From NCBI GenBank assembly GCA_964441745.1, contig CAYTYR010000002.1, positions 62,001-126,000 of the forward strand: a stretch of 64,000 bases of DNA, given 5' to 3'. Positions within the stretch are counted from its first letter, which is position 1. Each line of letters begins with the position of its first letter. The stretch is from an uncultured Clostridia bacterium. Lineage in GTDB: Bacteria > CAYTYR01 > UBA6262. This document shows, in pieces, positions 27,801 to 37,336 of the stretch. The notes below the pieces were generated by a model. It did not search any database. It saw only the letters and a list, made by a program, of their open reading frames with translations, and had not been told where the DNA came from. The position numbers and the translations under genes are program-made.

Positions 27801-29274
27801 TGTTGATCCCAAGAGGATATTAAATGGTTTAGTTACGCCTAATGATCCCAGGCTGCATCTTTTTGCTATTTCCCTGGAAGGCGAAAAGATCGATTTTAAT
27901 GTCCCGGAGATTACTTTCCAAAGTCCGGCCGGCAGCGTCTATGGAGGGAAAGAAACACTGGAATTCACTATTAAAGGTGAGACGATCACTAAAGCCGAGT
28001 ATTCGCTGGATGCCAATACCTGGATCAATTTGAAATCTGCCGGGAATGACGACTATATCGGCAACCTGAACACTGCCGAGCTCAAAGACGGGCCATATAC
28101 TTTTTCCGTCCGGGCCTTTGATAAATATGAGCAGATCGGCGCTGCGGAAAAAAAGATCTATATCTTCAATAAGGTGAACATTATCGGTCCCGTCCCTAAC
28201 GCTCCGGTCTATAAAATATGTAAAATAGCAGCCATTCCCAAGGCGCATATACAAGTCGATAAAATGCTGTACAGTATTGATAAGGCCAAAGAAGCGCCGT
28301 TGGCGGTCACGGATAAAGGTTTTTACGAGGCAGTATGGCTCGTCCCAGAAAAATTCAAGCCTGGTTCTGTGCATACTATTACCGTGACTCAAGTGGACAA
28401 AAAGGGTAAAAAAGAATTATGCTCCATTCCGGTGACCATTGGTACTCCTTTACGCGGGCATAACATTAAAGTGAACAAGGAAGTCAGGGATTGGGTCGGC
28501 ACAGCTCCTGCTGAGAACAGCTGGGCCATTAGCGCCGATGAGCTGATCTGGACTGATGAGAAAAATGACGAAACCGGGTCCGGCACGTACACCTATCCGA
28601 CCAATAAAGTCTTTAACAAATCTTCTGACTTGCGGGAATTCCGGGTTACCTATGATGACCAGAATCTGTATTTCCTGATCAAATGCTCCCGCCCTGGTGA
28701 CTGGTGGGCGCCATTCCGCCTGATCGGCATTGATACTAACGGGGTGGAGGGCGGATTGGATAATCAGGGTACAGCTACTCTACCGGGCTTGGGAGAGATC
28801 AATGTTGCTCCGGGCCTGGCCTGTGAATATGCGGTGGGTATTTCCAGTACCTATAAAGGATTTGTCTGGGATGCAGACGGCAAGATCCTGGCCAGGAAAG
28901 AAGGCAAAGATAATGATACTGCCGGCTTCTTGATCGATGACTATAACTGGAACAATGTGGAAGCAGCCGTCCCCTGGCAGATGCTGGGTGGCAAGCCAGC
29001 GTCAGGCAAGACCTGGCGGTTTATTGTCGGTATTGGCCAGCAAGACAATGACCACTTCCGGGAGGTGAATGAAGTTGCCGCCGAATGGCATGGCGGCGGC
29101 GGTGAAGGCGCGGAAGGTGATACTGGTCCGGATCCGGATGTTTATGACCTGGCCAGCCCAGCCATTGAAATTCAGCAGAAAGAATTAAGCAGTTATCAGG
29201 CCAAGGGACTAAAAAACGACGCTTCCAGCTATGCCACTATTGAAAAGTCTTTCGTCCCAGTAACCTTTGAGTAA
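24802..29274 (+). CDS. Secreted multidomain GH2 glycoside hydrolase with Ig-like domains and C-terminal glucodextranase DOMON-like domain
   Basis: HEGGYTPF, NFIRTAHYP, WS.CNE and TEFG GH2 motifs; start moved to ATG after AAGGAG. Confidence 0.88.
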   Translation: MKHRWAGIFTLAAVCWTLPVLAGELQPPTFELKTINNVTVPFQNDLPLPGFEKQDRVQLNLAGTWKKERLVMNQELTLQKRTAETIAELEKESNGRHLAAYDDSAWEKKEIPGVENPSPDRYESGVWYRRNFEISKENEGKYLKLVFLAANYFTDVWVNGAWIGCHEGGYTPFVLDLTPYVKFGEKNSLAVRVDNIPWVPSGNRDQRNLTVPCYIGDWWNYGGIKRDVFIEICPAINIVRADVKTKPAGPDKAQINAAVVIDNRSEIDTTLKVEVFVYKAKLTDKNILAENAKEIMDLSKPLTVWGERAAELTVLGKDTVAYNFSLPADWPELWTPAQPNLYVLQVKVYDLKNKQLIDKYYTQFGIREFTIDKSKAAILLNGEQIKLRGLARHEVYPGSNEVPGKKSPLQIIYDDFKLIKEANCNFIRTAHYPNHPFTQVMADRLGLVVWEEIPVYWFGGPEFDLQRKERGIARQMWQEMIYQDYNRASVAIWSACNECSWQTERALFVKELRDIAYQIDGTRFVAQSASGSDAKDPSQKDMDLLGFTMYYGVFYGDDYYEDTLEALEVMHKTFPEKPIIATEFGIWAPYQEDTQQLKQVQLFKETMNAFNKAPAVAGTVWWTAFDWHTMINDPGTMGIMTMDRKLYKKIFSTLQREFGNTTGNIQVVSPKQDEKLTGKVTIKASYMVGKDWPVKEIVIDNEKKYAMKALGNSYYSYDLDTKLLSEGDHSLVFKAWSSSGTAVSEAFNVVIDNVDEPPLVQFSPKDGSYVMNNVLLSVKAEDDRGIVSVKYAIDDGQFIDMADKSKGNYQAQWDASALGDGSVHGIKFRIEDTGKNVVEKPAKVIIDNVPGLYLDLPFDTDMISTAANLADGAGWDFPAEELPDSNRDFIFMGQAKIKYKFGPKEDGQNNNVECIGQTLKIPNGRYTKMHILAAMHNGSSKVDFTLRYTDGTSESVKTAYSDWWGGKPVFNDEPAIVTSYHHEKAGIRQPGVAIFSQTITVDPKRILNGLVTPNDPRLHLFAISLEGEKIDFNVPEITFQSPAGSVYGGKETLEFTIKGETITKAEYSLDANTWINLKSAGNDDYIGNLNTAELKDGPYTFSVRAFDKYEQIGAAEKKIYIFNKVNIIGPVPNAPVYKICKIAAIPKAHIQVDKMLYSIDKAKEAPLAVTDKGFYEAVWLVPEKFKPGSVHTITVTQVDKKGKKELCSIPVTIGTPLRGHNIKVNKEVRDWVGTAPAENSWAISADELIWTDEKNDETGSGTYTYPTNKVFNKSSDLREFRVTYDDQNLYFLIKCSRPGDWWAPFRLIGIDTNGVEGGLDNQGTATLPGLGEINVAPGLACEYAVGISSTYKGFVWDADGKILARKEGKDNDTAGFLIDDYNWNNVEAAVPWQMLGGKPASGKTWRFIVGIGQQDNDHFREVNEVAAEWHGGGGEGAEGDTGPDPDVYDLASPAIEIQQKELSSYQAKGLKNDASSYATIEKSFVPVTFE

Positions 29275-29277
29275 AGC

Positions 29278-29390
29278 GATTACCCGCCAAAGAGCCTCGG
29301 CGGGCGCGGCACAGATTAGATCAAAAGCTTGTAATCGGTGTAATCATCTTGATCTAATCTGTGTAATCTCTCTTAGAAATCTGTGTAATC
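29278..29390 (+). repeat. Family D (GATTACACAGATT / AATCTGTGTAATC) hairpin repeat with 27 bp mini-insertion
   Basis: ACAGATTAGATCAA pairs with TTGATCTAATCTGT; repeated AATCTGTGTAATC. Confidence 0.75.
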
Positions 29391-29422
29391 GTATTTAAAT
29401 TAAAAGGAGGGGGTACAGAGTC

Positions 29423-30346
29423 ATGAGATTTAGAATCATGTTGGTAACACTGGCTGTCTTATTAACGGCCACCAGTGTAGTTTTTGCAGCAGAGGGGTTG
29501 AAAGGTCATTCGATCAAAGTTGACAAGAATGACAATGACTGGATCGGGACTCCGTCTGAGCAGGAAAATGCCGTTATTATCTCCAGCGGTGAATTTATCT
29601 GGAAAGATGCTAAAGGTGATGATACCGGTACTGGTAAATATACCTATCCTTCCAGCAAAGATGTGGCTAAGGGCGGTGACTTGAGAGAGTTCCGGGTCAC
29701 CTGGGACAAGTATAATGTATATTTTCTCATCAAATGCGCCCGGCCGGGGAATTGGTGGGCGCCATATCGCGTCATCGGCATATCCAAAGAAGGGGAAAAA
29801 GAGGGGATGACAGTGTTGGCTCAGGGTGATGCGGATGAGATGGATCCTGAGGGCGGCTGTTTCGGCGAGATCAAAGTCGATGAATCATTGGCTTGCCAGT
29901 ATGTTATTGGTATAGGCAGTACCTACAAAATGTGGATGTGGGATGTCAAGGGAAAAACCATTGCCCGGTCCACTGGTGAAAAGAGCACCGATACTCCTGG
30001 TTTTTTAGTAGCAGATGATAACTGGAACTCTGTGGAAATAGCTGTCCCGATAGAATTGATCGGCAATCCAGCCGGGCAAACCTGGAAATTTGTGGTTGGT
30101 ACGGGCCTGCAAGATGCTGATCATTTCCGCGAAATATACGAAGAAGGCAATGAATGGCACGGCGGCGGCGGCGAAGGCGATGAAGATGAGAGCGGCGCTG
30201 ACCCGGATATTTATGACCTGGCCAGCCCGAGCATGGAAATACAGGAAAAAGAATTAAGCAGTTATAAAGAGTCGGCGCATGCCGGTGATCCTGACGGCTT
30301 TTGCACCATTAAGGATTCTTTTGTGACCGTGACGTTCGCGAAGTAG
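29423..30346 (+). CDS. Secreted glucodextranase DOMON-like domain protein
   Basis: D.KGDD.G.G.Y.YP...DLREF.V motif; paralog of the GH2 C-terminus. Confidence 0.7.
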   Translation: MRFRIMLVTLAVLLTATSVVFAAEGLKGHSIKVDKNDNDWIGTPSEQENAVIISSGEFIWKDAKGDDTGTGKYTYPSSKDVAKGGDLREFRVTWDKYNVYFLIKCARPGNWWAPYRVIGISKEGEKEGMTVLAQGDADEMDPEGGCFGEIKVDESLACQYVIGIGSTYKMWMWDVKGKTIARSTGEKSTDTPGFLVADDNWNSVEIAVPIELIGNPAGQTWKFVVGTGLQDADHFREIYEEGNEWHGGGGEGDEDESGADPDIYDLASPSMEIQEKELSSYKESAHAGDPDGFCTIKDSFVTVTFAK

Positions 30347-30350
30347 TAAA

Positions 30351-30457
30351 AGGGTGAAAGGTTGTAGAAGTAGGTATGGAAGTAGGAAGGAAGTCTGAGG
30401 GTTTAAGCCCAACCTCCTAAGACTTCAGACTAAACTTACTTCCAAAACCTAAACCCT
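30351..30457 (+). repeat. Family A hairpin repeat, empty copy 5
   Basis: AGGGTGAAAGGTTGTAGAAGTAGG...CTTACTTCCAAAACCTAAACCCT. Confidence 0.9.
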
Positions 30458-30492
30458 CTAACTGGTTTTAACAAAAGGATAAGAGGTTACGC

Positions 30493-31707
30493 TTGAGACA
30501 AGTATTAACCGTAATTACACTGGGATTGTTGCTGTTAACAGCGTGCGGGAGCAAACAGCCGGCAGAAAGAGAGATCACTTTCTGGGCCTATGCTCCCGGC
30601 GACCAGGTCAGGATACAGCTGATCGAAGGTCTGGTAAATAAATATAATCAGGAGCATCCTGGCACACGGGTCAAATTATTCTTTGTGCCGAAAGGTGATT
30701 TTAACACTAAGATCAATACTTCTATTGCCGTGGGCGCCAATCCTGACTGTTCTTACCTGGACAGCGGATTGGTGTCCCGTTTTGCCAAGGACAATATTTT
30801 GTTATGCCTGGATGATTTTGTCAATGCCGGCGATCTTGACCTGAAAGATTTTTATCCCGGCGCCATGAAGATGGTCAAATATGACCAGAAATATTACGGC
30901 ATTCCCCTAAACCAGACTTGCATTGCCCTGTTTTATAATAAGGAGCTGATCAAAAAAGTTCCTACTACCTGGGATGAACTCCTGCAAACAGCCAAGGAAG
31001 TGTATGTTCCGGGTAAAATAGCGGCTTTCGATGTGCCCAAAGGAGATGGCTACGGCAGTTGGATGTTCCCGGCATTTGTCGCCAGCGCCGGCGGTACTAT
31101 GCTCAATGATACTGAGACCAAAGCCACATTTAACCAGCCGGCAGGGTTGTCGGCCATGGATCTCTGGGTCCAGTTACTACAGTATTCCCCGCGCCTGATC
31201 ACGGATAGCGCTAATGCTTTTGAACTGGGCCGGGTGGCTATGGCGCTGAACGGGCCTTGGTCCATTGAAGGCATTAAGACCAATTTTCCTAAATTAAAAT
31301 ACGGCATTGCGCTGATCCCGAAAAAAGAGCAGTATGCTACCAACATCGGCGGCGAAAGCCTGGTTATTTACCAGAATGCCAAGGATCCTCCGGCGGCCTG
31401 GGATTTTATCCGCTATCTGCTGCTCGATGAAAATCAGGTAGTGATGAGTGAAGTCTCCGGTAATTTCCCGGTAAAGAAAGCGCTCATCGACCATCCTGTA
31501 TTTAAAGATGACCCGGACAAGAGAATATTCATGGAACAGATCCAGTATGCGGTCAGCAAACCGACAGTTGAATCCTGGACCAAAATAAACGATGAAATTA
31601 TTGCCAAAGCTATTGACGAATCTTTAAATAAGCGGCTGAGCGTAGCAGAGGCTTTTAATAAAGCAGCTACAGATTGCGACGCGGTCTTAGCTGAAGAAAA
31701 ACAATAG
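30493..31707 (+). CDS. Sugar ABC transporter substrate-binding lipoprotein
   Basis: Lipobox LTAC; YYGIP...LFYNKEL..P.TWDEL. Confidence 0.9.
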   Translation: MRQVLTVITLGLLLLTACGSKQPAEREITFWAYAPGDQVRIQLIEGLVNKYNQEHPGTRVKLFFVPKGDFNTKINTSIAVGANPDCSYLDSGLVSRFAKDNILLCLDDFVNAGDLDLKDFYPGAMKMVKYDQKYYGIPLNQTCIALFYNKELIKKVPTTWDELLQTAKEVYVPGKIAAFDVPKGDGYGSWMFPAFVASAGGTMLNDTETKATFNQPAGLSAMDLWVQLLQYSPRLITDSANAFELGRVAMALNGPWSIEGIKTNFPKLKYGIALIPKKEQYATNIGGESLVIYQNAKDPPAAWDFIRYLLLDENQVVMSEVSGNFPVKKALIDHPVFKDDPDKRIFMEQIQYAVSKPTVESWTKINDEIIAKAIDESLNKRLSVAEAFNKAATDCDAVLAEEKQ

Positions 31708-31711
31708 TAGT

Positions 31712-31817
31712 AGGGTGAAGGTTGTAGAAGTAGGTATGGAGGTAGGAAGTAAGTCTTAGGGTTTTTAGCCCAACTTCCTCAGACCACAGACTAAACTTAC
31801 TTCCAAACCCAACACCT
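31712..31817 (+). repeat. Family A hairpin repeat, empty copy 6
   Basis: AGGGTGAAGGTTGTAGAAGTAGG...CTTACTTCCAAACCCAACACCT. Confidence 0.9.
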
Positions 31818-31845
31818 ATTAACAGTTATTTTAAAGGGGGTTAAC

Positions 31846-32769
31846 ATGAAAAGCAAGCTGCAACTGTTGATTGTCGTAATAGCGGTTCTACTCGTAACCA
31901 GCACTGTATTTGGGTTTGACTTGGTCAAGCCAAAAACAATTCAAGTTGATAAGACTATCAATGACTGGACCGGCACTCCGCCGTCAGAAGAAAACACCTC
32001 GTGTGTTTCCAATAGCGAGTTTATCTGGAAAGATGCCAAGGGCGACGACACTGGCAACGGCAAATACTACTATCCGGCGAATCAAGAACTGGCGCGGGGA
32101 GCAGACTTGATGGAATTCAGGGTAACGTATGATGCCAAGAATGTCTATTTTCTGATCAAATCTACCCGTCCGGGTGTCTGGTGGGCCCCCTTTAAACTGA
32201 TCGGTATCCATAAGGCAGGGCAAAAAGGCGGTTCGTCATTTTTCCCGCAAGGAGATAGCGATTCGCTGGAGGCAACTACCGGGGTTTTTGGTGAATTGCG
32301 TGTTTCTGAGGATTTAGGTCTCCATTGCACGATAGCTATCGCTGGCACTTATAAAGGATTTATCTGGGATGAGAGCGGCAAGCTGGTAGCCAGGAAACTT
32401 GGTGAAAATACAGATACCAAAGGATTTTTGATCGATGACGATAAATGGACCGCGATTGAAGTAGCCGTTCCTATTGCTATTATCGGCAATCCGGCCGGGC
32501 AGACCTGGAAAGTAATTGTCGGCATCGGCCAGGAGGAAAACGGCCACTTGCGGGAAATATACGAAGAAGGTAATGAATGGCACGGCGGCGGCGGGGAAGG
32601 CAAAGACAACGAAGATGGGGTAGATCCGGATATTTATGACCTGGCCAGCCCGTCCCAGGAAATACAGGAAAAAGAATTAGCCAGTTACACCGATAACGGG
32701 ACACCGGGTGATGTCGCTGGTTTTGCCAATATCAGCGAATCCTTTATGACGATATATTTCGCGAAATAG
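31846..32769 (+). CDS. Secreted glucodextranase DOMON-like domain protein (paralog of 29423-30346)
   Basis: Same length (307 aa) and shared motifs EFIWKDAKGDDTG, EWHGGGGEG, DPDIYDLASP. Confidence 0.7.
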   Translation: MKSKLQLLIVVIAVLLVTSTVFGFDLVKPKTIQVDKTINDWTGTPPSEENTSCVSNSEFIWKDAKGDDTGNGKYYYPANQELARGADLMEFRVTYDAKNVYFLIKSTRPGVWWAPFKLIGIHKAGQKGGSSFFPQGDSDSLEATTGVFGELRVSEDLGLHCTIAIAGTYKGFIWDESGKLVARKLGENTDTKGFLIDDDKWTAIEVAVPIAIIGNPAGQTWKVIVGIGQEENGHLREIYEEGNEWHGGGGEGKDNEDGVDPDIYDLASPSQEIQEKELASYTDNGTPGDVAGFANISESFMTIYFAK

Positions 32770-32774
32770 TAGTA

Positions 32775-32878
32775 GGGTGAAGGTTGTAGAAGTAGGTATG
32801 GAAGTAAGTCTGAAGTCTTTGGATTAGAGCCTTACACCCATAGACCTCAGACCAAACTTACTTCCAAAACTTACACCC
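32775..32878 (+). repeat. Family A hairpin repeat, empty copy 7
   Basis: GGGTGAAGGTTGTAGAAGTAGG...CTTACTTCCAAAACTTACACCC. Confidence 0.9.
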
Positions 32879-32901
32879 AATGACATTATTAGAAGAAGAC
32901 T

Positions 32902-33810
32902 ATGAAAACACCAAAATTTATGGCTAATAAAAAATTCAAGGATGGAATAACAGGCTATCTCTTTATTATGCCCTTGTTGATCTATTTTACAATTTTTGTG
33001 CTGATCCCGATCGTAATTTCTTTCTACTATAGTTTTACTGACTGGAACATGCGGTCCGTGCCGCATTGGACCGGGCTGAAAAACTACGCGGAACTGCTGT
33101 TTAATACACAGAAACAGCCATATTTCTGGCCGTCATTACTGGTGACGGTGAAATATATTGTTTTGCGTGTGCCGGCGGGATTGGCGTTGTCCTTGTTCTT
33201 GGCCCTGTTGCTGAACAGCCGCATCAAGGGAGAAAATTTTTTTAAGCTGTGTTATTTCATTCCCATGATCACCTCAGCCATTGCCGTAGCTGTGTTATGG
33301 AAGTGGCTCTATGATCCGATCATTGGTTTTGTTAACCAGTTCCTGGCTGGTTTTTCCCTGCCGCCTAAAAACTGGCTCAATGATGTCAGTACGGCTTTGC
33401 CGTCTATTGCGGTGATGAGCATCTGGCAGGGCGCAGGGTATGGCATGATCATCTTCCTGGCCGGGTTAAAAGGCATACCCGAAGAACTTTACGAAGCCGC
33501 CAGGATTGACGGCGCTAATGCCTGGCAGCAATTCTGGAATATTACCCTGCCCTTGCTCCGTCCGGTGACCTTTTTTCTATTGATCACGACGGTCATTGGT
33601 TCGTTCCAGGTGTTTGACCAGATCTATGTCCTGACCAGCGGACTGGGCGGACCGGAACATTCCACCTTTGTCTATATCCTGAATTTGTATAACCAGGCAT
33701 TTCGCTACTACCGGATGGGTTTAGCGTGCGCCATGAGCTATATTTTATTTGTGATCATACTCGTGATCACCTGGGTGCAGTTTAAGTATATTCCGCAGAA
33801 TGTAGATTAA
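32902..33810 (+). CDS. Carbohydrate ABC transporter permease (MalF-type)
   Basis: EAA loop ELYEAARIDGANAWQQFWNITLPLL. Confidence 0.93.
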   Translation: MKTPKFMANKKFKDGITGYLFIMPLLIYFTIFVLIPIVISFYYSFTDWNMRSVPHWTGLKNYAELLFNTQKQPYFWPSLLVTVKYIVLRVPAGLALSLFLALLLNSRIKGENFFKLCYFIPMITSAIAVAVLWKWLYDPIIGFVNQFLAGFSLPPKNWLNDVSTALPSIAVMSIWQGAGYGMIIFLAGLKGIPEELYEAARIDGANAWQQFWNITLPLLRPVTFFLLITTVIGSFQVFDQIYVLTSGLGGPEHSTFVYILNLYNQAFRYYRMGLACAMSYILFVIILVITWVQFKYIPQNVD

Positions 33811-33818
33811 AAGTAAAA

Positions 33819-33922
33819 GGGTGAAGGTTGTAGAAGTAGGTATGGAAGTAGGAAGTAAGTCTTAGGATTCAAGCCCAATTTCTATAGACCTTAGACCATA
33901 CTTACTTCCAAACCCAACACCC
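33819..33922 (+). repeat. Family A hairpin repeat, empty copy 8
   Basis: GGGTGAAGGTTGTAGAAGTAGG...CTTACTTCCAAACCCAACACCC. Confidence 0.9.
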
Positions 33923-33945
33923 AATAACTGTTTTTAAGAGGGCAC

Positions 33946-34785
33946 ATGGACCGTATTTCAAAATTCTTTATCTACCTAGTACTGTCTATCTTTGCCGCGG
34001 TGATGGTCCTGCCGTTTATCTGGATGTTGAGCGCTTCTCTGCGGCCGCCGCAGGATATTTATACCAGTGGCGTAAAATTGTTGCCAGTTGACCAGGCAAC
34101 TGGTAAAATAAATGCGACGCTGGATAACTACCGGGAAGTAACTACCCAGCTGCCATTTGTTCGGATGTTTCTCAATAGTCTTTTTGTAGCTGTGGTGGCG
34201 ACGGCCTGTAATCTTTTCTTTAATGCCCTGGCGGCCTATGCTTTTGCCAGGATCAAATTTCCTTTTAAGGATAAGATCTTTGGTTTTATGCTGGCTTCTT
34301 TAATGATCCCGTTTTACGTCATCATGATCCCGCTGGTGTTCATCACCAAGAATCTCGGCATGTATGATTCATTGTGGGGCTTGATCATTCCGGTCAGCAT
34401 GTCTGTCTATAACGTTTTTCTGATCCGGCAATTTATAGTCGGCATACCCCTAGAACTGGAAGAGGCGGCAACTATTGATGGTTGTTCGCGTTTCCGTATC
34501 TTCTGGAGCATTATCATGCCGCTGTCCAAGCCGGTACTGGCAGTGGTAGGCATTTTTACTTTTATGTTCAACTGGAATAATTTTACCTGGCCGCTGGTGC
34601 TGATCATCAGCCGCAATAATTTCACCCTCCCGCTGGGCTTGGGCGCTTTAATGACCCAATCCGGCAGTAAATATCATCTCCTGCTGGCTGGGGCGACAAT
34701 TACGATCATTCCAATGGTTATCATTTTCCTGATCATGCAAAAATACATCATAAAAGGAATCACTATGGGGGCAGTCAAAGGATGA
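33946..34785 (+). CDS. Carbohydrate ABC transporter permease (MalG-type)
   Basis: EAA loop ELEEAATIDGCSRFRIFW.I.MPL; terminal GAVKG. Confidence 0.93.
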   Translation: MDRISKFFIYLVLSIFAAVMVLPFIWMLSASLRPPQDIYTSGVKLLPVDQATGKINATLDNYREVTTQLPFVRMFLNSLFVAVVATACNLFFNALAAYAFARIKFPFKDKIFGFMLASLMIPFYVIMIPLVFITKNLGMYDSLWGLIIPVSMSVYNVFLIRQFIVGIPLELEEAATIDGCSRFRIFWSIIMPLSKPVLAVVGIFTFMFNWNNFTWPLVLIISRNNFTLPLGLGALMTQSGSKYHLLLAGATITIIPMVIIFLIMQKYIIKGITMGAVKG

Positions 34786-37322
34786 ATAAACGCGCCAAAA
34801 AAATTATGGCCAAAGACGGAGTATTGTATATAGATGGGAAACCGGATTTTTGCTTGAGCGCGGATTATCCATATTACCGTGATTACCGGGCAGACTGGGC
34901 GGTCAAACTAAGCGGCATCCGGAAATTGGGGATCAAATATGTATCTTTCTATATCCCCTGGCGGCATCACCTGCCGTTGGATCCATTCACGAAAAAAGTG
35001 AAAGCTGATTTTACCGGTGAAGATCAAGGCAGTACTGATCTCAAATACCTTTTGCACATTTGCCAGAAAATGGACCTGCGGGTCATTGCCAAGCCTGGGC
35101 CGTTTGTCCACGCGGAATTGAATTTTGGCGGTTTGCCGGAATATGTCCGTGCCGGAAAAGGGACTGATCTTGAACCAATGCTCAGCGCAGACGGCAAAGC
35201 GCGTACCTGGAGCGGTAAATGGGAAAATCCCTTGCCCACGCCGCTGGACCGAAACTATCTGCGCTATGTGCAATACTGGCTGGAGACAGTGACCAGGGAG
35301 ATCCTGGCGCCATGGCAATATCCACGCGGTCCTATTGTCGCGGTGCAGATATTGAATGAAGGAATTTACTCTGATGCCGGCCATGGGATCGATAGCTATG
35401 ATTATTCCGGCGCCGCGATCGAACAATACCAGATATTCCTGAAACATAAATATAAATCTCTGGCCCAGCTCAACAAAATATACGGTATGTCCTATAAATC
35501 CTGGGAGAGCATTGACCCGCCACGCCAGTGGGCAGGGGTGAAGCGGATCAAAGAGCTTATCTGGTACCGGGATTGGGCCGAATTTTCCGGACTGTATCTG
35601 CCCTTGGTCATCACTGAATATAAGAAGTTCATGAAAGGGATCAAGGTTCCTTTCCTGACCAACTACAACCCGCCCGGGCCGACCGCGACCCTGAAAGAAG
35701 CTTATTTTGCCAGGAATAATCCGCGGACGCTGGCTCCTTTAGCCGAGTATGGATTTACCAACTGGCTCGGAGTGATCTATAAAAATCACGAAGACTACTG
35801 CCGCTACCGTCTCATGGCCAAGAAAGCTCGCGGTATTTGCCTGGAGGAGAATTGGGGCTTCAGCCGGATCTATAATCCAGCCTATGAATATTGCCAGCCC
35901 AGCTATTTCCAATCCATGGCCTATATCGCCTTTGGCGCTGCCGGCCTGAATATTTATACAGCTGCCGCCACTGACCACTGGACCAAGGAACTGGATGCCA
36001 ATCACTTACCGCCGTATCCGCATCATCCCCCGATCAAACCCAGCGGACTGTTCCGCCAAAAATATTGGACCCTGTACCAGATGACTACTTTCTTTAATCA
36101 GGAAGGGCCTTCATTGGTCAGGGAACAGGAGAAACCAGCCCTGGCCTGGGGCTTATACACACCCTATTGCCAGGAAGGCGCCTGGCATGGGGGAGTGAGT
36201 TCAGTGCATTATGGCTGGGATTCATTCCTGCGCCTGTTATCCCGGAACAATACTGAAAGCGGAGTAGTTTACCTTAAAGAAGACAGTCTGGAGTCATTGT
36301 TAAAATATAAAATTATTTTTGCCAATGGCTATGAATGGATGGACCGCGCCACCCAGCGCACCTTGTCTGCTTATATTAAAAAAGGCGGCATCCTGGTACT
36401 CACCGGTACGCTCCCGGTCCTCGATGAGAAGATGGAACCTTATACGGTATTAAGGCAAGCTTTTGGTTCGCCGCGCACAGAAAGGATTGCCCTGGCTGAA
36501 TCCACCCGGGTGCTGCTGGATAAAAATAAGTTTACCTGCCGGGCGCACAAAGCCCTGGTCCATGTTTTGGTCAAAGATAATTGCGATTTGCTCGCGCAGG
36601 CTGTCTACCGCGGCCGGAAAATTAATTGCGGCTATATCATCAAAAACGGCCAAGGCCAAGGCGTCTATCTCGGCTATATTCCCTGGCTGGCCAATGATAA
36701 TATTTGGACCAATGAAGGATTAGTGGAATATCTCCTGGACCGGCTCAAGATCAAGCCCTTCAGCCGGGCGATCAATTGCAGTTACCAGCCGCGGGTGGAA
36801 GTGATGCAATATGACCATCAGGACGAAGAAAAGCAGGTCTTCTTTGTCATTAATCGGGCCAGGACCAGCAAAATGCAAACTATCCGCTATACCAATGAAC
36901 GCCGGCAGTTCCGCTATTTTGACATAAATATGTGCAGTAATTCTGTGTCTGCCGTCACCATTAAGAAAGGCCGGATTGCTTCGGCTTTGCTCAAATGCAC
37001 CAATGATCATGAAAAAACCAGTATCAAACCGTTCCTGTCTGTCCAACAGCAAGCCTTAGGCGCTGATCGCAACTGTGACTTGGCTTTAGTTGACCATGGT
37101 GATTATTTAGAAGTGACGGTCACTAATATTATCGGCAGGGATTGTACTGAAGTGACTGTCCCGGTAGCAGTCGGCAGTATCAAGAAAGTATTTGTCCTGG
37201 ATAACAACGGGGTCAGGGAACCGGTCCTGTTCGTGGCCCACGAAGAACATATTACCTTTATCGCTGAAGATATCAGTGATAATTTCAAACGCTATTTCAT
37301 TATCTTGAAGAAACGTGCCTAA
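34782..37322 (+). CDS. Beta-galactosidase-like glycoside hydrolase (GH35/GH42 clan), no signal peptide
   Basis: YIPW..H, KPGPF.HAE..GGLP and GPIVAVQILNE motifs. Confidence 0.75.
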   Translation: MNKRAKKIMAKDGVLYIDGKPDFCLSADYPYYRDYRADWAVKLSGIRKLGIKYVSFYIPWRHHLPLDPFTKKVKADFTGEDQGSTDLKYLLHICQKMDLRVIAKPGPFVHAELNFGGLPEYVRAGKGTDLEPMLSADGKARTWSGKWENPLPTPLDRNYLRYVQYWLETVTREILAPWQYPRGPIVAVQILNEGIYSDAGHGIDSYDYSGAAIEQYQIFLKHKYKSLAQLNKIYGMSYKSWESIDPPRQWAGVKRIKELIWYRDWAEFSGLYLPLVITEYKKFMKGIKVPFLTNYNPPGPTATLKEAYFARNNPRTLAPLAEYGFTNWLGVIYKNHEDYCRYRLMAKKARGICLEENWGFSRIYNPAYEYCQPSYFQSMAYIAFGAAGLNIYTAAATDHWTKELDANHLPPYPHHPPIKPSGLFRQKYWTLYQMTTFFNQEGPSLVREQEKPALAWGLYTPYCQEGAWHGGVSSVHYGWDSFLRLLSRNNTESGVVYLKEDSLESLLKYKIIFANGYEWMDRATQRTLSAYIKKGGILVLTGTLPVLDEKMEPYTVLRQAFGSPRTERIALAESTRVLLDKNKFTCRAHKALVHVLVKDNCDLLAQAVYRGRKINCGYIIKNGQGQGVYLGYIPWLANDNIWTNEGLVEYLLDRLKIKPFSRAINCSYQPRVEVMQYDHQDEEKQVFFVINRARTSKMQTIRYTNERRQFRYFDINMCSNSVSAVTIKKGRIASALLKCTNDHEKTSIKPFLSVQQQALGADRNCDLALVDHGDYLEVTVTNIIGRDCTEVTVPVAVGSIKKVFVLDNNGVREPVLFVAHEEHITFIAEDISDNFKRYFIILKKRA

Positions 37323-37336
37323 TAAGCGGAGGGACT

